This document shows, in pieces, positions 44,336 to 49,599 of a stretch of 49,599 nucleotides of DNA (the stretch's first letter is position 1; each line of letters starts with the position of its first letter). The notes under the pieces are model-generated. The model made no database searches. It had not been told where the DNA came from and was given only the letters and a program-made list of their open reading frames with translations. Origin of the DNA: Frankiales bacterium (lineage in GTDB: Bacteria; Actinomycetota; Actinomycetes; Mycobacteriales; SCTD01); the NCBI GenBank assembly GCA_031416735.1, contig JANOTZ010000070.1, forward strand, positions 1-49,599, in the 5' to 3' direction. The translations under genes and the position numbers were made by a program.

Positions 44336-46968
44336 TCGTGGACGAGCGGCTGGCTGCCGGGCAGATCCCGTGGAACTCCGACCCGGCTGTGACGGCGCGG
44401 GGCCTCGGGACCAACACCGTCTCCGGGCTCGAGGTGGACGAGGCGCGTCGCCGACTGGCACAGGGCCGCAACGTGCTCCCGACCTCGTCGCCACCCTCGT
44501 TGTGGGCGCTCGTGCTGGAGCAGCTCCGCGAGACCATGATCGTCGTCCTGATCGTGGCGGCCGTCTTCACCACGATCGTCGGCGATCTGGCCGACACCCT
44601 GGTCATCGCGATCGTCGTCACCCTGAACACGACCCTCGGCGTTGTGCAGCAGCGGCGCGCCCAAAGGTCGATGTCGGCGCTCAGGTCCCTGGCGGCTCCC
44701 ACCGCCCGGGTGGTGCGGTCAGGCAGGACCTACCTGATCTCGGCCGAGGAGGTCGTCCCTGGCGACCTGCTCGCCGTGGAGGCGGGAGACCTGGTGCCCG
44801 CGGACGGCCGACTCCTTGTGGCCGAAGGACTCGAGGCCGACGAGGCTCCGCTGACGGGTGAGTCGCTGCCGGTCGTCAAGGACGTCCCGCCCTGCCCCGA
44901 GGACAGCCCCGTCGCCGACCGCCCGTCCATGCTGCACGCCGGCACGCTGGTCACCCGAGGCCGGGCCCGACTGCTGGTCACGAGCACCGGGAGCCAGACG
45001 CAGGTCGGCCAACTGGCCCGGCTCCTCGTCACGACGGTGTCGCCACCCACACCGCTGCAACGCCGCCTCGCCCGCTTCGGACGGCAGGTGGCAACGGTCA
45101 CGGTGGGCCTGTGCCTGGTCGTCCTGGCGCTGGGTCTCCTGCAGGGGCAGGACCTGGAAACCATGGTGCTCACCGCGATCAGCCTTGCTGTCGCCGCCAT
45201 CCCCGAGTCGCTGCCCGCGGTGGTCGTGCTGTCACTGGCAATGGCTGCGCAGCGGATGGCACGGCACGCGGCGGTGGTCCGCACCCTGCCTGCCGTGGAG
45301 GCTCTCGGCGCCGTCACCGTGATCGCGTCGGACAAGACGGGGACCCTCACCGAGGGGGCCATGTTCGCCACCGGCTTCTGGACCACGGACGGGGCGGTCA
45401 CTGCGGTCGGTCAGGGCTACGCACCCGACGGCGCCCTGCAAGGAAGTGCCGCAGCCATCGCAGCCGGCGACCCGTTGTTGCGGGCGATCGTGCTGTGCAA
45501 TGACGCCCGGCTCGTCGAGGCACACGGCGACTGGTCGGTCGCCGGTGACCCGATGGAAGGCGCTCTGCTCGCGTTGGGCGCGAAGGGCGGGCACCGCACC
45601 GCAGCCCTCCACGACCAGTGGCCGCGCCTCGCCGAGTACGGCTTCGACCACACGCGCGCCCGGATGACGACGGTGCACAGCACACCGGACGGCCACGTGA
45701 CCGTGCTGTGCAAAGGCGCACCCGAGGTCCTGCTCGATCTGGTCGACGCGGACCCGTCGCTGGCTGCGCTGATGCGGGAACAGGTGGTCGACATGACGGC
45801 GCGGGGCCTGCGGGTCCTTGCCGTCGCCCATGCCGATTGCTCCGGTGTGCCGGATGGCGTGGAGGAGGCCGAACGCCCCCTGTCCCTGCTCGGGCTGGTG
45901 GCGCTGCACGACCCTCCGCGCGCCGCTGCCGCCGCAGCGGTCGCGAGCTGCCGGACCGCAGGCATCGTCCCGATCATGATCACCGGAGACCACCCAGCAA
46001 CAGCCGCCGCCATCGCCCGCACCCTCGGCATCCTCGAGGAAGGGGGCCTCGTGGTGACCGGAAGGGACATCGACGCCGGCCTCCCCCCGGAGAGCCTCAA
46101 GGACATCCGCGTCTATGCCCGTATCGCCCCGGAGCAGAAGCTGGCGATCGTGAACGCACTGCGCGACGCCGGTGAGGTCGTGGCCATGACGGGCGACGGG
46201 GTCAACGATGCGCCCGCGCTGAGACGCGCCGACATCGGGGTCGCGATGGGCCGCAGCGGCACCGAGGTCGCCCGGCAGGCCGCCGACCTGGTGCTTGTCG
46301 ACGACAACTTCGCCACGTTGGTGGCGGCGGTCGAGGAGGGACGTCGGGTCTACGACAACGTCCGCCGATTCCTGCTGTATGCCATGTCCGGGGGCTTCGC
46401 GGAAGTGCTCCTCATGCTCGCTGGCCCGGCCGTCGGCATCCCGCTTCCGCTTCTCCCCGCGCAGATCCTGTGGGTCAACATGCTGACCCACGGCCTCCCT
46501 GGTGTGGCCCTGGGCGCCGAGCAGGCCGAGGACGACGCACTGCACCGACCGCCACGCGACCCGGAGCAAGGGGTGCTCGGTGACGGGCTCCTCGTCCGCA
46601 TCCTGTGCCTGGGGCTGCTCGTGGCCTGTGTGTCGCTGGGCGTCGGCGTCTGGGCGGAGAGCAATGGCCGGCCGTGGCAGAGCATGGTGTTCGTCACGCT
46701 GACCCTCCAGCAACTGGGCATCGCCCTGGTTCTGAGGTCACAACAGCGCTCGATATTCACGGTCGGCCTGCGCGGCAACCCCTTGCTGCTGGGGTCGCTC
46801 GTCCTCAACCTTTTCCTGCTCTGGCTGGCCATCGCTTGGGGACCTCTGTCGAACCTGCTCGGAACGCGTCCGCTGGCCTGGCAGGAGATCGGCGTGTGCC
46901 TCGCCGCCGCCGTGGCAGCACCGGCCTTCGTCGAGGCCGCCAAGGCCTGGCACCGGGAGAGCCGATGA
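44332..46968 (+). CDS. P2-type cation-transporting P-type ATPase (CtpF/SERCA-like)
   Basis: ORF 44269..46968. GTG at 44332 forms a GTGA overlap with the USP-3 stop (878 aa). [22 protein letters not shown] motifs all present. Confidence 0.9.
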   Translation: MIVDERLAAGQIPWNSDPAVTARGLGTNTVSGLEVDEARRRLAQGRNVLPTSSPPSLWALVLEQLRETMIVVLIVAAVFTTIVGDLADTLVIAIVVTLNTTLGVVQQRRAQRSMSALRSLAAPTARVVRSGRTYLISAEEVVPGDLLAVEAGDLVPADGRLLVAEGLEADEAPLTGESLPVVKDVPPCPEDSPVADRPSMLHAGTLVTRGRARLLVTSTGSQTQVGQLARLLVTTVSPPTPLQRRLARFGRQVATVTVGLCLVVLALGLLQGQDLETMVLTAISLAVAAIPESLPAVVVLSLAMAAQRMARHAAVVRTLPAVEALGAVTVIASDKTGTLTEGAMFATGFWTTDGAVTAVGQGYAPDGALQGSAAAIAAGDPLLRAIVLCNDARLVEAHGDWSVAGDPMEGALLALGAKGGHRTAALHDQWPRLAEYGFDHTRARMTTVHSTPDGHVTVLCKGAPEVLLDLVDADPSLAALMREQVVDMTARGLRVLAVAHADCSGVPDGVEEAERPLSLLGLVALHDPPRAAAAAAVASCRTAGIVPIMITGDHPATAAAIARTLGILEEGGLVVTGRDIDAGLPPESLKDIRVYARIAPEQKLAIVNALRDAGEVVAMTGDGVNDAPALRRADIGVAMGRSGTEVARQAADLVLVDDNFATLVAAVEEGRRVYDNVRRFLLYAMSGGFAEVLLMLAGPAVGIPLPLLPAQILWVNMLTHGLPGVALGAEQAEDDALHRPPRDPEQGVLGDGLLVRILCLGLLVACVSLGVGVWAESNGRPWQSMVFVTLTLQQLGIALVLRSQQRSIFTVGLRGNPLLLGSLVLNLFLLWLAIAWGPLSNLLGTRPLAWQEIGVCLAAAVAAPAFVEAAKAWHRESR

Positions 46969-47220
46969 CTGACGACGAGCTCACCCGGCTGGACGCCTGG
47001 TGGCGGGCCGCGAACTACCTGTCCGTCGGGCAGATCCACCTGCTCGACAACCCGCTGCTCCGCGCGCCGCTCCGACCCGAGCACCTCAAGCCCCGACTAC
47101 TCGGACACTGGGGTACGACGCCCAGGTTGACGTTCTGCTAGGGCCACCTGAACCTGGTGATCCGCGCCCGCGGTGTCGAGGCCCTGTACGTCACCGGCCC
47201 GGGCCACAGCGGTCCCGGCA
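46965..47220 (+). pseudogene. xfp: Phosphoketolase remnant: about the first 85 codons only, with an in-frame TAG
   Basis: ATGA overlap with the ATPase stop. [84 protein letters not shown] matches the conserved Xfp N-terminus. TAG at 47139-47141 sits where a Tyr is expected. The homology ends abruptly near 47220, whereas a full enzyme is about 800 aa. Confidence 0.85.
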
Positions 47221-47313
47221 TGCTTCGACACCGCCTTCCACGCGACGATGCCAGCCTCGGCCGCGACCTACGCGCTGCCGAGGGAGTGGCGTGAGCGGCA
47301 CCGGGCCGACTGA
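47221..47313 (+). pseudogene. ackA: Acetate kinase internal fragment (about 27 codons)
   Basis: A different frame from the xfp remnant: CFDTAFHATMPASAATYALPREWRERH, then RAD*. The FDTAFH..MP...YA.P motif is diagnostic of AckA around residue 150. Both the N- and C-terminal parts are missing. Confidence 0.75.
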
Positions 47314-47318
47314 AGCTT

Positions 47319-48947
47319 TCAGGCGTCGCTCGAGACCATGCCGTGCACATAGGCGAAGGCCGTCGCAGCGGCTCTCGTGGAGACACCCGCCTTGGTGAAG
47401 ATGTTGGACAGGTGCCGAGCGATCGTCTTGTCGCTCAGGAACAACGCCGCGGCGACCTCCTTGTTGGTGTGGCCGGCGGCGACCAGCAGCAGAACCTCGG
47501 CTTCCCGCGCGGTGAGCCCCGCAGGCAAGGCGGTGACCAGGCTCCGGAGGTTGCGGGCGTCGAGACCTACACCGAGGGCGTCGAAGAGCAGACGGGCAGC
47601 GGTGAAGGCCGCGGCGGCGCCTGGCTCGTCACCGCTGTCATGACAGGCCTGGCCGAGCAGGGTACGGGCGGTCGCTATCTCGTAGGGGACGCTGAGGTCG
47701 GTCCAGCGCGCGACAGCGAGGCGCAGCGTTGCGCAGGCGGCGGCGTCGCGTTGGGCGAGCTGGACCCGGCCGCGGACGGACAGGGCCGCGGCCTCCAACC
47801 CGATGCTGTTGAAGGCGTGGGCGATGGTCTCGAGCTCATCGGCGGCTGCGGTGGCGGAGCCAAGATCCCCTGCTGCGATGGCGATCTGCGCCCGAGCAGG
47901 CAGCATCCTGGCGCGAGCGAGACGGTTCCACCCGGCACCCTCGAGTGCCTCGGTGATGATGGCGGTGGCTACGTCCGCGCGTCCTTGCGCGAGGCGGAGG
48001 AGCGCGACACCGGCCCGTGGTTGGCCGCAGAGCCGGTCGGCCTGGAGGAAGGCGGCCTCGGCGCCGTCGAGGTCGCCGAGCCGCCGCCGGATGTCGCCGA
48101 TCTCAACCCAGGCCGCAGCCGCGTTGGGCAGGTTGATGCCGTCCAGCTCAGTGCACGCACGTGTCGCCTCGGCCTCAGCCTCGACCCACCGCCCGCGCCA
48201 CTGCAGGGCGGTCGCATGATGGACACGGCACAGGCCAGGGAACACCGCGAAGGGGTGCCTCTCCGCCCACCGCGCGGTCGCCACCGCCCACTCGGCAGCG
48301 CGGCTGTGGTCGGCCAGCTGCTCACAGGCGCTGATCAGGCTGCAGTAGACCTTCCCCGTCGAGTACGGCGAAAGCCGGCCGTCCAGGACGAAGAGCATCG
48401 CCTCGTCGAGCAGCGCCAGCCCGTCGCCGGGTCGACCCTGGTCGATGAGCACCCGGCCCGAGGTCTGCAGTGCCTCGGCCTCCAGATCGGCGTTCCGCAA
48501 CCGGCGACCAAGGCTGACGCCACGTTCGGCGAGCTCGGCAGCGACGTCCAGATCGCCTCGCCCGTGGGCCATCTCCGCCTCGCGCAGCAGCAGGGCCCCG
48601 AACTCGGCGCAGTCCTCGTCGGCGTCGAGTGCTCGTCGGGCCCGCCGCAGCCACCCGCCGGCGATGGCCGGGCTGGCGCGGAAGCAGTGGTGCTCATACA
48701 GCCACACCGCGCACTGCCCGGCCCGCCGATCGTCGCGCAGCTCGTCGTACAGGGCATAGGCCCGCTCACGAGCCTCGACGCAGTCGTCGAGCCGGCCGAG
48801 CCACCAGGCCGCGTCGGCCAGCAACTCGAGACGTTCCGCCTCCAACGTTGCCTCGGCGGTCTGGGCGCCGGCTCCGTTGAGCACGTCGAAGCAGGCTTGC
48901 CAGTCCTGCCGTGCCCGGGTAGCCCGGGCCTCGGTGAGCCACTCCAC
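47319..48947 (-). CDS. LuxR-family transcriptional regulator with TPR-like helical repeat region
   Basis: 542 aa. C-terminal LTAREAEVLLLVAAGHTNKEVAAALFLSDKTIARHLSNIFTKAGVSTRAAA. Long Ala/Leu-rich repeat region upstream. No Walker A seen. Confidence 0.85.
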   Translation of the reverse strand: MEWLTEARATRARQDWQACFDVLNGAGAQTAEATLEAERLELLADAAWWLGRLDDCVEARERAYALYDELRDDRRAGQCAVWLYEHHCFRASPAIAGGWLRRARRALDADEDCAEFGALLLREAEMAHGRGDLDVAAELAERGVSLGRRLRNADLEAEALQTSGRVLIDQGRPGDGLALLDEAMLFVLDGRLSPYSTGKVYCSLISACEQLADHSRAAEWAVATARWAERHPFAVFPGLCRVHHATALQWRGRWVEAEAEATRACTELDGINLPNAAAAWVEIGDIRRRLGDLDGAEAAFLQADRLCGQPRAGVALLRLAQGRADVATAIITEALEGAGWNRLARARMLPARAQIAIAAGDLGSATAAADELETIAHAFNSIGLEAAALSVRGRVQLAQRDAAACATLRLAVARWTDLSVPYEIATARTLLGQACHDSGDEPGAAAAFTAARLLFDALGVGLDARNLRSLVTALPAGLTAREAEVLLLVAAGHTNKEVAAALFLSDKTIARHLSNIFTKAGVSTRAAATAFAYVHGMVSSDA

Positions 48948-48993
48948 GCCCGACAGGCTCCCACCGATCAGCGGCGGTTGGCGACCTGGCCGT

Positions 48994-49365
48994 CTATTTC
49001 GCGGGGGACAGCTGGGCGGCGAGATGCTCGAGCACGGGCCCGATCTCGGCCGTCGGGCTGAACTCGAGGAACGTCACGCCCTCATCGGTCCAGCCGGTGT
49101 GCCCACCCGGCCAGTAGTAGACGTCCCCGGCGGAGCTCAGCTCCTCGGTGCCGTCGGCGTAGCGCAGGCGGATCGAGCCGGCCAGCACATATCCCCAGTG
49201 CGGGCAAGGGCAGAGGTCGCCGGGAAGTCCCTTGAGCAGTGGGGTGAAGTCGACGCCCGGGGGCAGGTCGATGTGCCGGGCGAGCACGTCGCCGCCCTCG
49301 CTGGAGCGGGTCAGGATCCCGTCGACCTTGAGCTCGATGGGCATGCCGTCGATGGGTGTGCGCAT
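48994..49365 (-). CDS. Cupin-domain protein
   Basis: ORF 48994..49425. ATG at 49365 preceded by GGGAGGA (123 aa). CPCPHWGYVLAGSIRLRY..G........GDVYYWPGGH pattern. Confidence 0.7.
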   Translation of the reverse strand: MRTPIDGMPIELKVDGILTRSSEGGDVLARHIDLPPGVDFTPLLKGLPGDLCPCPHWGYVLAGSIRLRYADGTEELSSAGDVYYWPGGHTGWTDEGVTFLEFSPTAEIGPVLEHLAAQLSPAK

Positions 49366-49599
49366 GGTGTGTCCTCCCGATCCTCGCCAGGCGTTTCCTG
49401 GCGAGCCGATCGTCGGCGGCACCACGCCTCCCCCGCATCGGACGGTCGGACCAACTCACCTCTCGGCGTTATGGGTGAAATGCACCATGCCGCTTCGGCT
49501 CTTTGGTCGAGGCAGCGGATGCGAACTCGTGGTGGAGTGACGCAGGATCGACGCATGCCCGTTGACCGTCGGCCCCAGCAGACCTGGGACGACGAGTTG

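Noticed and set aside
43066-46713. Minus-strand ORFs 43066..44664 (532 aa) and 45232..46713 (493 aa)
   Set aside because: They are antisense to USP-3 and the P-type ATPase.
47343-49061. 572-aa plus-strand ORF
   Set aside because: It is antisense to the LuxR-TPR regulator, which has a clear C-terminal HTH.
49555-49599. Possible start of a plus-strand gene (MPVDRRPQQTWDDEL...) at the right edge
   Set aside because: Only 15 codons are visible, the RBS is weak, and no family call is possible.

Overview
Very GC-rich, gene-dense actinobacterial-type chromosomal segment with about 50 protein genes. I found no rRNA, tRNA, CRISPR array, transposase or integrase.

**Main theme (about 5.4-32.6 kb and 42.5-47 kb): a hypoxia/dormancy-style supercluster.**
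- It is built around a DosR(DevR)-like response regulator (7601-8272) and a DosS/DosT-like double-GAF histidine kinase (8647-10251).
- It holds three Acg-type nitroreductase-like proteins, three tandem universal stress proteins, two adjacent PPOX-fold proteins (a third lies at 2.5 kb), an Rv2004c-like APH/P-loop protein and a CtpF-like P-type ATPase.
- It also holds a Pat-type GNAT/acyl-CoA-synthetase fusion.
- A complete respiratory nitrate reductase operon runs narK-trHb-narGHJI and ends in an extra class-V PLP enzyme.
- That operon is divergently paired with an sqr-tusE/dsrC-dsrE sulfide-oxidation operon.

**Second theme (32.6-40.5 kb): a thiol/persulfide or copper stress locus.**
- I infer it is controlled by a His-less, two-Cys CsoR-family repressor with three ATACC-N6-GGTAT-type operators.
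- Members are OsmC, DUF2892, MMPL, DUF302, SHOCT, a cupredoxin, a methyltransferase and a MauE-DsbA fusion.

**Right end:** a deletion scar made of phosphoketolase and acetate kinase remnants, then a LuxR-TPR regulator and a cupin.

**Gene junctions:** thirteen are short stop/start overlaps, twelve of them 4 nt (ATGA/GTGA) and one 8 nt.

**Best candidates for undescribed biology:**
- the fully overlapped Pat-Acg-CopD-like-APH/AAA operon;
- the repeated Acg-USP-PPOX triads;
- a recurring GGGACC/GGTCCC-based motif in the promoters of this island;
- the His-less CsoR-type regulon.

**Limits:**
- CDS ends come from the ORF track, and starts were refined by hand from RBS, overlaps and homology recalled from memory.
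- Small-motif coordinates were hand-counted and cross-checked against ORF-track frames.
- No database search was possible, so all family assignments are pattern recognition.
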